A DNA stretch of 64,000 bases, from contig OX597834.1 in NCBI GenBank assembly GCA_951406725.2, forward strand, positions 30,318,001 through 30,382,000, in the 5' to 3' direction. Positions 41,532 to 55,422 of this stretch are shown piece by piece. Under the pieces are notes generated by a model. It saw nothing but the letters and a program-made list of their open reading frames with translations. It was not told the origin of the DNA and ran no database searches. The translations under genes were made by a program, and so were the position numbers. Origin of the DNA: Octopus vulgaris (Eukaryota). Within the stretch, counting starts at the first letter, position 1. Each line of letters starts with the position of its first letter.

Positions 41532-44219
41532 TTTACAGTGGATCCAAGCTACCAGTGAGGAACCGATGTACACTCATACATTCTTAAACACTGATTTTCC
41601 TGACTCTTCTTTGGCAAGCCTAGCAAAGTCTACATATCACCGATGAGGTCATAGACAAAAATGGCAACAGGTTACAGAGGTGTCTCCCTAGCAAGAAACT
41701 TCAAATACTACTCATCAATGACTAACTTTTTTTTCCATTTTTATCATCCTCACTGCACACTCATTTTTTAGTTATGTTTCTTTTATATTTCCTACATTAA
41801 ATATACTTTCCTTCCCACACATAATACATCATCAAGAAATAAAAAGCTGAGAAATATAGCAGTTGCTGAAGTCTTTTTTTCCCCTCATCATTTTTTCCAG
41901 AAAATCCCACATCCCACAGTGACTCCACCACCACCACCACCACCACCACACCTTTAAGTCTCCGCCTATCGTTTTATCTAATTTCCATCTGCCAAGGGGA
42001 AACATAATATCTATATTAACAAGCAAAGTCAATGTAAACATAATTTTTCCCGATTTTGTTATCGTAAAAAACATAGAATAAACTTAAAAAAACTCCATAT
42101 GGTTCTCAGATCAGCATTTTGGTTTGTTGTCAATGCCAAGCCATCACTTTCAGCCGTGCCTCCAGACTCCACTGCCACCATCACCACCTCGCCCTTTCTG
42201 CCTATGACTATAATCTTAAAGCATATTGGTAATTCTTCCTTCTTCTCATAACTTTATGAGAAAATATTTTTCAAAAAACAGAATGAGTTTATCATAGTAC
42301 TTTCTCATTTGTTATGTAAATGCTGTTGATGTTATCATAAAAAAAAATTTAAGGAAAAAAAAAACTGATGAAACTAAAAAAAAAAATGTAACTTCCTGTA
42401 TGGGGTTAGGTTTGCATTCTAACTAACACAGTAATACATCAACAAAGCATAAGGTTAATAAATAATTAACACAGGCAGTTTTGGTTTTATGGTTTTATGA
42501 CCAATATGGTCAATTTTGAATGATAGAAGACTAAGATATCTACAGGTTTTGAACCCTCTGGTGTGTGTGTGTGAAAAAGAGAGAGAGAGAGAGAGTATTT
42601 CTTTATTCACCATAAGGTTGAGAAAAAGAGGGGACAATACGGAGACAGACAAAACAAACGTTGGGGTCAGGGTATTGAATGAGACAAACGTATGAATAAA
42701 CAAACAATTAAAATATATACAAATAAATGAGAATGAATGATTAACAAAAAATTAAGCAGAGGATGCGGTTGACCCCACAAACCACAAACTCACACTGAAG
42801 ACTTTGCTTTCTCCTTTTTTACATTCTCGATTAGAGAGAGAGTAAGTATAATTTGCTACAGTACCTAACTGGTAATTTGTTTATCAATCCCAAAAAATAT
42901 AAAGGGCAAACTTGACCTTAGTGGAATTGGAATTTGTGCAGGGAGGTGCAACAAATACTACATTAGCATTCTACATGATGCTCTAATGATTCCACCAATT
43001 TCCTATCTTGCTACAGATGAATTATTCAATTTGAACACAGAAAAAAATAAGTCAGTGAAACACTGCAATAAAATTTTAACTCTTTCAAAACTAATTAATA
43101 AAACAAAAGCAGCATTTCAACAGAAATCATCATCATCATGGTAACAAAACGATTAAAGTGATCTAAATTGAACCCTTCCATCAAAATTTGACAATTTATG
43201 TTCCAAACACCAGCTTAATAACGACTAATTAATTTTTCTAAATTCTTTATTAATTTCAAAATTAATTGAAACCAACAGCTCATTTAAATAAAAATAATAT
43301 GTTAACAAAAGCATTAAAAGTTTATACTTTGAAAAAAAAAAAAAAAAAATATTATTACAAAAAAAGTGCACTTGATAATTACCACTTAAGTGCACTTTCT
43401 TTGATCTTAATCTTCCTCGTTTGGTAAATATATTCTGGAAATTGATCAAAACAACCAAGAACAAAATTGTTGAATGTTGGTAACCTTAGAACTGCGGTAA
43501 AAAAAAAAAATCTTCAAACTGCTAAATAATTTACAAACCCAACTCTTTGAGAAGCTAATTCAGAAATCATTTTGGTAACTCAATCACCCAAATACATTTA
43601 GACTAACAGCAATAACTAAGTCTAGCTAATGAAAACATAATCAGTCACCTTGAAGAGAAATTTTCGAGTCAAATTATTTAGATGGGAAATGTACTTTGTT
43701 TCATAAACAAAATCTATTTGCTAACTTACCGAGAAGTATTGCCCCACACACTTCTAAAATGGGTTTCCACAGTTTCTGCCTACCAAATCCACTCATTAGG
43801 CTTTGGTCAGCCTGTGGTTATAGTAAAAGACATATACCCAGGGTGCCATGCAGTGGGATTGAACTTAAAAGCATCTGGTTGGAAAGCAAACATCTTGTCC
43901 CACAGCCACACCTGTGACTAGTATAGATAAATTAACTCTAACAGTTGAGTAAATCATAAACTGTGGTAATTAATATATTATCAATTAATCCTATTGAAAA
44001 CTGAACCAATGCTGGGGCCTCTACATCAGCAGGTCCCCAATCAAGGGTCTATGAAGCTTCTAAGGTCCACAAAGATAGTTCTCGAAGTGAGACGCCATGA
44101 GATAAGTGGTGTTCGAAATTTATAAAAAAGACTGCAGTGTAAATTGTATAATTACTTAATTATATGTATTGTATTAACTGGTGTAAAAGTTGCACTATTC
44201 GCACTCGAATTTTAACTGA

Positions 44220-44700
44220 CTTGTACACAGGGGCAAAGCTAAAACTACGAACGGAAAAAATATTGTACCAAGATTTAACACTAAATTAGGGGTGTGACTT
44301 ATACACAAATAAATATAGCATAAGTATACAAGCACATACCTCGTATTTATGCATGTATAAATCTCACTACTTTATACTTGATTTTCACTGAAAGAAGTAG
44401 GGTGCAACATAAACCAGGCAAAGATAAAACTATGAAGGGAAAAAATATTTGTACCAGGGTTTGATGCTAAATTAGGGGTATAACATACACAAGCAAATAC
44501 AGTGTATGTGTTATCTGTGTGTGTGTGTGTGTGTGTGTGTATACACACACACATATTTATGGATGTAAAAGTCACTATTTTCTACTTGATTTTAACACAA
44601 AAAATTGGGGCACAACATACACAGGGCAAAGATAAAACTAGGATGGGAAAAAGTATCTGTACCCAGATTTAACCATAAATTAGGGACGCAAATAAATGTG
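44220..44700 (+). repeat. Three diverged ~190-200-bp repeats, DNA-transposon-end-like
   Basis: gggcaaagataaaacta...tgtacc...taaattaggg recurs near 44230, 44415 and 44622. Confidence 0.55.
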
Positions 44701-45541
44701 AGACTCAGACATGAGTGAGACTCAGACATGAGTGAGACTTATATGAGCCAATACAGTAATTACAGCAACGGTTCGGTTCAGTTCACTGGGAAAACAAATT
44801 CGCTTGTTGGTTTGTCAGTTAATAAAATCAGTTTATTATGAAGACAGATGTTTTGAAAAGCCAAGGGACCGAAGGGGGAAATTCATTTAACTAAAAGTAG
44901 TACTTGGAAGTGAAACAGTTGAAGAACACAGCACTACATCGTCACTGGGGCTGAGAGCAACAGCAACTAAAGTTCTCCTTCAAATCACACACCTTACTGT
45001 ACTTATGTTTTATGCTTTTCGTGTTTCAGGCATTGGATTGCTGCCATGCTGGAGCAATGCCATGAAGGGCTTAGTCAAATAAATCAACTCCAGGATGTTT
45101 TTTTTTTGGTGAAATTGAGTACTTATTCTATCATTCTCTTTTGCCAAACTGATAAGTTACAGGACATAAACAAACCAACACTGGTTGTCAAGCAGTGGGA
45201 CACAAAGACAGACGCATACATAAACATGACAAGCTTCCACACAGTTTCCATCAACCAAATTCACTCACAAAGCATTGGTCAGCCCAGAGCTACAAAAGAC
45301 ACTTGTCCAAGGTGATACCCAGTGAGGTGGAATGCAAATCTCTGTGGTTGCAAAAAGTAAGCTTTTTAACCATAATGCCAAACCTCTGAGAAAAAAAAAA
45401 AAAAAAAAAATTAAAAGAGACAAAACTAAAGAAGAGACAATCCGAAAATGGATAGCTGGAATGGTCACAAATGGAAAACCTTTGATCATAGATACACTTC
45501 ATCTGAGAATTCAACAACAACATTAAGATTGAGATCAATAC

Positions 45542-45581
45542 CTTTTCTTTTTGCTCTAACATCCATTTTCCATGGTGCCAT
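45542..45581 (-). CDS. PKN: Candidate alternative first coding exon of PKN (MAPWKMDVRAKRK+G)
   Basis: ATG...AAAATGG (strong Kozak)...AAA G|GTattg. Phase 1 matches the 25427 acceptor; in-frame TGA upstream; promoter-like motifs adjacent. Confidence 0.5.
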
Positions 45582-45619
45582 AAACCAAAGATATACACGA
45601 TCACGTTTTCACACTCAAC

Positions 45620-45710
45620 AATGCAGTTAGCGGTCCAGCTCTGTACGACGGATGGGTGGGGGAGTGGTGGTGGCGGCGGGGTTTGCTGACACAAACCGAC
45701 CAATCACAAG
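45620..45710 (-). promoter_or_regulatory. Candidate internal promoter (GC box and CCAAT box)
   Basis: GGCGGCGGGG 45672-45681 and GACCAATCAC 45698-45707 in a CpG-containing, non-repetitive patch just 5' of the candidate exon. Confidence 0.4.
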
Positions 45711-46205
45711 AATCAGTGTGTGACAGAACAATGCCTTGGAAAAATACCCCAGTGGAATATAAAGACAGCAATTTACTCCTGTACAATAGCAATTAAAAGC
45801 AAAAACCAGAACAACCTTGGTGTGAAATTAAATAAATAAGTGGAGTTATAAAGAATAGATCTAAACAATATCCAGCGGTAGATTTGCATATGAAATCCAA
45901 AAACATGAAAAGAAGCAAAGAGAAGAAGAACAGCCACCATATTTAATGGGGGGGTTAATAACGGGGTGGATGTATGGCTGTGTGGTTATAGTGAAGAAGA
46001 GCCATGTGGTTTCAAGTTCAGTCACACTGTGCGGCACCTCGGACAAGGGTCATGTACTATAGACTTAAGCCAACCAATGCCATGTGAGTGAATGTGGTAG
46101 ATGGAAACTGTGTGGAAGCCCTGTGTGTGTGTGTGTGTGTGTGGGGGGGGGTTTAGTCCACATTGCTTCTTAAGGAGTATAAAGCCAGTTTCTCTGTTTC
46201 ACTGG

Positions 46206-46290
<85 letters not shown>

Positions 46291-46327
46291 GATGATGATG
46301 ATGATGATGATATGTGTCACATTCAAA

Positions 46328-46521
46328 ATGTGACCTTGTGTGTACCGTTGGCGATTTTTTTCCCTCTGTCTTCCCTTCTCTGGATCTTTCCTTCTCCTAT
46401 GTTTCCGACGAAGAGCTCCGCTCGAAACGTTAAACCCTCCTTCTTTCCTGAGCGTCCAATAATACTATATTTGTTCCACGTCCTCGTGTTGTTGTGTTTT
46501 TTTGTGCTTTCATGTTTGGAT

Positions 46522-46526
<5 letters not shown>
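46328..46526 (+). mobile_element. Hammerhead-motif (pLTR-like) element
   Basis: 46401-46435: gttt CCGACGAA GAGC-tcc-GCTC GAA ACGT T aaac; 3' end abuts (TA)n. Confidence 0.78.
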
Positions 46527-46552
<26 letters not shown>

Positions 46553-49305
46553 TTTCCATGTTGGACAGGGCGCTGATTTATTGCCAAAATACTTGTTTCT
46601 ACTGAGTGGATAGAGGCATCATGAAAAGAGAGGTTTGGCTCAAGAACACAACACATTGCCTGGCCCAGGAATCGAAACCACAATCTTACAATGATGAATC
46701 CAACACCCTAACCACAGAGCCATGCACCTCCACAGCTGGCATGGAGATATAAATGAACACACACACACACAAATAGAGTCAGGCAAATAAATTACCTCCA
46801 GAACTTCCTTTTTCTGTCTTTTCTTTTTTAGTCAGGTACTTATTCTAACAATCTCTTTAGCTGAACTGCTAAGTTACAGGGGTGTAAACAAACACTGGTT
46901 GTTGACTGGTGGTGGTGGTGGTGGTGGTGGGTGTGACAAACACAGATATGTGTGTGTGTATGTACAAACATACACACATATGCAGAGACAGAGTGAGAGA
47001 GAGAAAGAGAGTTATACACACAGAGACAAACAGACAGACAGAGAGACAACAGGCTTCCATAGAGTTTCCTTCCGCCAAATTCACTTACAAAGCATCGGTT
47101 GGCCCAGGGCTGTAGCGGAGGACACTTGCCCAAGGTATCATACATTAGGACTGAACCCAGAACCATGTAGTTGGCAAGAAAACTTCTTAAGCACACAGCC
47201 ACGCCTCCCTTTGAAACTGTTAGGCCATGTCCAGCATAACTAAATAGGGAAAATGATTGACTTGTAGAAGTAGGGGTTCTACTCCTACTTCTAGTTTGTT
47301 GGTAGTAGAATAAACTGCATAGGGATTTTTAAAGATTTTGAAATCCCTAACTAACATGGTCCCCTGCCCCCATCGTTTACAGATGTAAACTCATGTAATA
47401 ACAGATAACAGCTGTTCTCCAAATATAGACATGAATCATACACCCACCCCACAAACTCCATGTGTAGATACGAAAGGAATCAAGAAGTCCTTATATTAGT
47501 TAATTGTAAGACTTTTCTTCGTGCCAGCATCTTAAACTGATGATATCACATTCGTTCTCCTTAACATTTACACACACACACAAGTGCGTAAAAGAAAAAT
47601 CTGTTCTAGGATTTGACATTTTATTAAATGAGGTCATTTCTTCTTGTAGTCCTGATGGCATTCACGTACATACAAACACAAACACACACAACACAGGCAT
47701 ATGTGCTCCAGCATGGCCTCAAACATGATAGCTAATGAAAAATGAAAGAACACATAAACATACAGAGAACATGTACACATATATTTATTTCTTTACTACC
47801 CACAAGGGGCTAAACACAGTGGGGAGAAACAAGGACAGACAAAGGGATTAAGTCTATTATATCGACCCCAGTGCGTAACTGGTACTTAATTTATCGACCC
47901 CGAGAGGATGAAAGGCAAAGTCGACACATATATTGCAAACGCTATGCATACACACTCACACACACGCGCATACACAAAACAGATGCATGTTATACACATG
48001 CTCCAGTATGGGCCTAGCCATGATGGCTGAAGGGAATTAAAGAACACACAACTCACAAAGCGCTTACACATGTATACTTATACTACAAATGCTTTACACT
48101 AACACATGTGAATGTTCCACACATGCTCCATTATGGGCTCAGCTATTATCACTAACAGAAACTTTAAAAAGAAACTGAAACATACGCAAGTATACAAGCA
48201 GCACATTTTAGTCAGGTACTTATTCTAACAATCTCTTTAGCTGAACTGCTAAGTTACAGGGGTGTAAACAAACACGGGTTGTCGACTTCACCCATAAATA
48301 CATCCTCCACACTTGCTCCAGCATGAGCTTAACCATAATGGCTACAAGGAACTGAATGTCATACAAGATATAAGCATGCAAACGCTTTGTTGCATGTGTG
48401 TCTCTTTGATTATCCACCTTCACCCACCACCACATGACAACCATTGTTGGTTTGTTTATGTCCACATAACTTAGTGGTTCAGCAAAATGGACTGATAGAA
48501 TAAGTACCAGACTTACAAAAAAAAGAATATATATATATATAGATATGTAAATGTGTATCAGGGTTGATTTGATCAGCTAAAACTCTTTGAGGAAGGAGGT
48601 GCCCCTGCATGGCCACAGTCAAATGACTGAAACAAGTAAAAGACACACACACATACACACGCATACACTGAAATTGTGTCACACAAACACACATCCATTC
48701 TAACAATCATATTCCAAATGCTGCTGCTTATACAAAATGAGGAAAGACAAAATTCTGAACACAGGGTTATTGTCTTACAAATAACAACACACAAGAGATT
48801 TAATACAACAATTAATTTTACCCCTTTCTTTTTTTTTCTGAAATGTGGAGCTTATATGGTTATAAAAATAACTTCAGCTTAGAAAACAAATAAAAGCTTG
48901 TATTCAGACAAAAATAAAACCTACATATATGAATGCTGTTGCTCTTGGCCTTAACCTTTTTGATAGCAACCCACCTGAGACTGTCACTGGTTCTATAACA
49001 CAATCTTCATATTTTAAAGTGATCTAAATTTAAACCTTCCATTTAAGCTTTCATACAAATTTATGTCCCAAACGCCTGCCTAATGAATGACAAAAGTTAT
49101 TTTACTGAACTCTTTGTTATTTCCAGAAAAAAATTGAAACTAGGCACAGGAGTGGCTGTGTGGTAAGTAGCTTGCTTACCAACCACATGGTTCCGGGTTC
49201 AGACCCACTGCGTGACACCTTGGGCAAGTGTCTTCTACTATAGCCTCGGGCCGACCAAAGCCTTGTGAGTGGATTTGGTAGACGGAAACTGAAAGAAGCC
49301 TGTCA

Positions 49306-49347
<42 letters not shown>

Positions 49348-49902
49348 TGTTTGTGTGTCTGTGTTTGTCCCCCTAGCATTGCTTGACAACCGATGCTGGT
49401 GTGTTTATGTCCCCGTCACTTAGCAGTTCGGCAAAAGAGACCGATAGAATAAGTACTGGGCTTACAAAGAATAAGTCCCGGGGTCGAGTTGCTTGACTGG
49501 GCGGTGCTCCAGCATGGCCGCAGTCAAATGACTGAAAAGAGTAAAGAGTAAGGCAGATGGTAACAGAAGGGTTAAAATCATCTAAATTAAAACATTCCAT
49601 CAAAATTTTGGGTTAATTTATGGTCCAGAAACCAGCTTAATTAACAACAAAATTGTTTCACTAAATTCATCATTATTTTCAAAATGAAATGGAAAAAAGG
49701 CAGTCCGTTTCAACAGAGAGATGGTGACAAAAGGTTAGCACACAGTTCCAGGTTCAGTCCCACTGTGTGGAACCTTGGGCAACTGTCTTCAACTAAAGTG
49801 TCATGATGACCAAAGCCTTGAGAGTGGATATGACAGACGGAAACTGAAAGAAGCCTATTGTGTGTGTGTGTGTGTGTGTGTATACATATATCATCATCAT
49901 TA

Positions 49903-50193
49903 TTTCGTTTTTGGATTTGGTTTGCAAGATTCTTTATATGAGTTTGTGTGCTGAAGCATATTCTGTTGTGTCTGGGGAGAGTCGTTTTCTTTTTGTGCCT
50001 TATAATATAACACACTCACCGGTAAAATTTCCACTTCTTTCTTATTTTTATTTTCCTAAAATTTTTGTTGCGTCTTGCAACCTTTTCAATAGTATTGACT
50101 CATAAAAATAAGAAAAAAGTGGAAACTTTACCAGCGAGTGTGTTATATTATAAGGCACAAAAAGAAAATGACTCTCCCCAGACACAACAGAAT
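49903..50193 (-). mobile_element. pLTR-like element with inverted segment and U3-A8 hammerhead variant
   Basis: Arms 49960-50050 / 50103-50193. The spacer on minus reads cta TTGAAAA G GTTGC-aagac-GCAAC aAA AATT T tag. Flanked by (ATC)n. Confidence 0.65.
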
Positions 50194-50209
50194 CATCATT
50201 ATTGTTTAA

Positions 50210-50430
50210 CCCTTTAGTGTTCGCATTATTCTACCAAAATTAATGCTTCTTTATCCTCATTGTTTTGAACTAATCACACATTATCTTGTAGCTATGAGAT
50301 TTTGATGAAGTAGCTGTTAATTTTTAAAATGACATTGTAGGGTTGGTCTGAGAGACCAGATCTGGCAAGTTTGGACATAAAACAGGCAGAATACTTTTGG
50401 CCGGATATGGCTGGTTTAAATGCTAAAGGG
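50210..50430. mobile_element. piggyBac-type MITE (family 2)
   Basis: TTAA|CCCTTTAG...CTAAAGGG|TTAA; reverse-oriented copies at 54004-54224 and 54321-54531. Confidence 0.88.
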
Positions 50431-51263
50431 TTAACATCCTCCTTGCATGCTGGCATGGGTTGGACAGTTTGACAGGAGCTGGCCAGGTAGGGGTCTGCAC
50501 CAGACTTCTGTGCCTGTTTTGGCAGGGTTTTTACAGTTGGATTCCCTTCTGAACCCCAACCACCACTTGACTACCAGTTGGTGTGTTTTTGTCCTTTTAA
50601 CTCAGCAGTTTGGCAAGACACTGACTGAATATGTGCTAGGCTTACACAAGAAAAAGTGCTGGGGTCAATTTGTTAACTAAAATTCTTCAAGGTCGCAGTG
50701 GTAGGATGTACATTTGACATTGGCTTTAAAACTCGCTTACATTACTTACACACAGACACACACACACGTCTCTTCACTTTGACCTTGCACCAAAGCTTTT
50801 GCTGAAAATTCTTAGCAAGACGCAAATACGTTTATATTATTGACATTTAGCATTTTGAGCAAACACTCAAGAATCTTTTCCCCGCCCACGATTTTCATAC
50901 GATTAGCACATGACATAGTTGTATCAAGCACAAAAAAAAAGAAAAAAAAAAAAAAAAAAAAGAAAAAAAACTTAATAAAAATATTTTTAAATAAATGAAA
51001 CTAAAAATAGAAATTAGCCATGTTGATAAAATAAACATCAAAGAAGTAAATAAAGGAGGGTGAGAGGGGGGTGCAATAAGAGCTGTCGTGGTTGTGTGAT
51101 CAAAGAAATGTACTTTTGTAACTCCATGGTGCCAAGTTTGGTCTCACAATTCTGTAATCTCTAGAGACCGGTTTCATGGAAGCTGCAGATCAAAACTGCA
51201 ACTTTGTCATCTATTGCCATTATCTTACCAAGATACTTGTCTCAAATGTATAATGATAATATT

Positions 51264-52020
51264 GGTTTCAAATTTTGGCACAAGGCCAGTAATTTCGGGG
51301 GGAGAGGATAAGTCGATTAAATTGACCCCCAGGGCTCAACTGGTACTTATTTTATCGGGCCCCAAAAAGTTGAAAGGTAAAATTGATCTTGGTAGAATTT
51401 GAACTCAGAGTGTTAAAGACAGGCAAAATGCCCATCTTTACATCTTGCCTGGAGTGCTAATGATTCTGTCAACTCTCACTGCTGTAAAGTACAGGTTTCA
51501 AAATTTTGCACAAGGTCAGCAATTTCGGGGGGAGAGGATAAGTCGATTAAATTGACCCCCAGGGCTCAACTGGTACTTATTTTATCGGGCCCAAAAGGAT
51601 GTAAGGTAAAATTGATCTTGGTAGAATTTGAACTCAGAGTGTAAGGACTGGCAAAATGCCCATCTTTACATCTTACCTGGAGTGGTAATGATTCTGCCAG
51701 CTCTCACTGCTGTAAAGTACAGGTTTCAAAATTTTGCACAAGGTCAGCAATTTCGGGGGGGGGGGGAGAGGATAAGTCGGTTAAATTGACCCTCAGGGTT
51801 CAACTAGTACTTATTTTATCGGGCCCCAAAAAGTTGAAAGGTAAAATTGATCTTGGTAGAATTTGAACTCAGAGTGTTAAAGACAGGCAAAATGCCCATC
51901 TTTACATCTTACCTGGAGTGCTAATGATTCTGCCAGCTCTCACTGCTGTAAAGTACAGGTTTCAAAATTTTGACACAAGGGCAGCAGTTTCGATTACATC
52001 AACCACTCAACCGGTACTTA
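51264..52020 (-). repeat. Tandem array of ~230-bp SINE-B-related units
   Basis: ggtttcaaa(a)tttt.gcacaagg recurs at ~51264, 51493, 51722 and 51958. Confidence 0.9.
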
Positions 52021-52284
52021 TTTTTATCGACCCCGAAAGGATGAAAGGCAAAGTTGACCCCGGTGGTATTTGAACTTAGAATGTAGAGACAAATGGAATG
52101 CCACTAAGCATTTTGTCTAGTGTGCTAAGGATTCTGCCAGTTTGCTGCCTTTGATTTAATTGATGATGATGATGATCTGAGTAAAACGAAACAGTAAAAA
52201 CATTGAAACAACAGAACATACTGCATCTAATGACAGATAGAAAATGACTATTATCATATGGCAATGGTATGTAACAGTTGTGTG

Positions 52285-52287
<3 letters not shown>

Positions 52288-52351
<64 letters not shown>

Positions 52352-52623
52352 GTGAGAGAGAGAGAGAGAGTGAGAGAGAGAGAAAGAGAGAGATAGAGAC
52401 AGAGAGAGAGAGAGAGAGAGAGTGTGAGAGAGAGAGAAAGAGAGAGATAGAGACAGAGAGAGAGAAAGAGAGAGAGATAGAGACAGAGAGAGAGAGAGAG
52501 AAAGAGAGAGTGAGAGAGAGTGAGAAAGAGAGAGATAGAGACACAGAGAGAGAGAGTGTGAGAGAGAAAGATATATATAGAGAGAGAGATAGAGAGAGAA
52601 AGAGAGAGAGACAGAGAGAGAGA
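52288..52623. repeat. (GA)n-rich microsatellite
   Basis: Visible tract. Confidence 0.97.
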
Positions 52624-53900
52624 TAATATCACAGCACTTGGTTGATAATCATTCTAATTCCTTTACTGAAATAGGGTTAGACTAATCAGCTTAAGCACGC
52701 TGCTGCTGCTGTTGCTGCTGCTGGTGCACAGGCTCACTCATGCTTTTGTCATCTGCATTCAAATCCACCACCGAGTCAGTTGCCTACAGTCGTTTTATAT
52801 GTTGTTTAATTCCCAGATCAACATTGATCGTGCAAGTCCCAGGATCAGAGGCATTCCACTGTAAACATCCTGTGGCTGTGTGGGTAAGGGGCTCACTTTG
52901 CAACCGTGTTTAGGGGTCAGTCCCATTGTGCGTAAATGTCAAGACATGGAGATGCATACTCACTGATACACACATTCACGTGTGTGTGTGTGTGAGAGAG
53001 AAACAGACAGACAGAGAAAGACAGGCTTCTTTCAGTTTCCATCCACCAAGCTCCCTCACAAGGCTTTGGTTTCCCAGGGTCAATAGTAGAAGACAACGAG
53101 CTGGCAGAGTCGTTAGTACGCCAGGTGAAATGCTTAGCGGTATTTCGTCTGCAGCTACGTTCTGAGTTCAAATTCCGCCGAGGTCGACTTTGCTTTTCAT
53201 CCTTTCGGGTTCGATTAAATAAGTACCAGTTACACACTGAGGTCGATATAATCGACTTAATTCCGTTTGTCTGTCCTTGTTTGTCCCCTCTGTGTTTAGC
53301 CCCTTGTGGGTAGTAAAGAAATAGGTATTTACCCAAAGTGCCACACAGTAGAATTGAACCTGGAAACAAAAGTGGGAAACAAGGTGGCGTGCGGGGGGGG
53401 GGGGGGTGTTTAGATGAATGCAAAGTAAATGGACACAAAGCAAAAAAACAAATAGAAAAGGAGATAAAAATGCCTTCTTGAGAAACACTGACAATTCTTC
53501 CACAGTTCTACTGCCAAGAGCTTGACAATGAGCCTATTTAAACAAAGTTTTATTGACTTCCTGCCTGATTAATTCAAGATCATGTACACAGAGAGAGAGG
53601 GGGGAGAGAGAAAGAAACAGACAGACAGAAGAAATGAGGGGGGTGAGATAAACAGCAGAGAGAGAGAGAGAAAGGGAGAGAAAGAGAGAGAGAGAGAGAG
53701 AAAGAGCAAAATGTGTGAAGATGACCTAATTAATTAACAAAACAACTAGCTATCACCATCATCATCATATTTTTTTTTTCACCAAGCTGACAGGAACTGG
53801 ATGAATCTCACAGCATCTCACTATTTGTCACAGTGTTCATGCCATCTGGAATACTCAACCACAGAGAAAACTTGTCAGCCTTTGTTGCGTGTGCAATGAT

Positions 53901-54535
53901 TTAATGCCCTTCCTAGCACCAACCACCAACTCCTTCACATCATAGAACAGGGGCATTTTACCATACCACCAGCACTAGAGAGGCTGACTATAACAAGATT
54001 TAACCCTTCAGCATTTAAACCGGCCATATCCGGTCAAAAGTATTCTGCCTGTTTTATGGTCAAACTGGCCAGATCTGGTCTCTCACAACAACCCTACAAT
54101 ATGGTTTTAAAAATTAACAGCTACCTCATCAAAATCTCATAGCTACAAGATAATGTGTGATTAGTTCAAAACAATGTGGATAAAAAAGCATTAATTTTGG
54201 TAGAATAATGTGAACACTAAAGGGTTAATGCCCTTCCTAGCACCAACCACTTCACACCATAGAACAGGTGCATTTTACCATACCACCAGCACTAGAGAGG
54301 CTGACTATAACAAGATTTAACCCTTTAGCATTTAAACTGGCCAAAAGTATTCTGCCTGTTTTATGGTCAAACTGGCCAGATCTGGTCTCTCACACCAACC
54401 CTACAATGTCATTTCAAAAATTAACAGCTACCTCATCAAAATCTCATAGCTACAAGATAATGTGTGATTAGTTCAAAACAATGTGGATAAAAAAGCATTA
54501 ATTTTGGCAGAATAATGCGAACACTAAAGGGTTAA
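53901..54535 (+). repeat. Tandem duplication of flank plus piggyBac MITE
   Basis: ttaatgcccttcctagcaccaaccac at 53901 and 54225; each unit ends in a MITE. Confidence 0.9.
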
Positions 54536-55249
54536 GAGTCAAACGTTACTTTGCATCAGATTCAGTTTCCGTTGCAGAGTTACCATTATTCTGAACAGGT
54601 TGCCAATACCGCACTCTGATCAGCAACATTTCCTGATCATTCAAGCAGCCCATTAAATTTTTCAAAATGCCAAGAACTTAATATGCAAAATAATCAGATA
54701 AGCTTGGCAATAATTTTGAAATACTATGTGTGTGTGTGTGACTGTGTCTTTGTATTGTATTTGTCTCTTACCCACCTCTGGACAACTGGAAGTTTATGTC
54801 CCCATGACTTAGTGGTTTGCCAAAAGAAACTGTTAGAATGAGTATGAAACTTATGAAAAAGGAAAGCATTGGAGTCAATTTGTTTGACGAAAACCTTTCA
54901 GGCCAGTGCCCCAGCATGGGCACAGTCGAATGACTGAAACAAGTAAAAGATAAAAGAAAAAAAAATAATGTAAATATTATGTTTAATACTTCAATAGGGG
55001 AAACATTCTTTTGTAAAGTGATTCGTTAAAAAGAATAATAAAATACGACAAACCAAAATAGACATATTAGATCTCATTCAACAAAGAATGTTTATTTCCT
55101 TGGCATTATTCATTGGGGGGTGGGGCAGAAAAATACAAAAGAAAAACTTCAAAAAAATCCTTGAAATAAATTGCATAGGAAAAAAAAATTATACTCCTAA
55201 AAAAACTCAAAAGCCAACACAACCAACAAGCTAAAATTTAAATTTAAAT

Positions 55250-55379
55250 ATATATATACATACATACACACACACACATATATATACACACATACATATA
55301 CATATATACACACACATACATACATACACACACATACATATACATACATACATACACACACACACATATATACATACAA

Positions 55380-55422
<43 letters not shown>

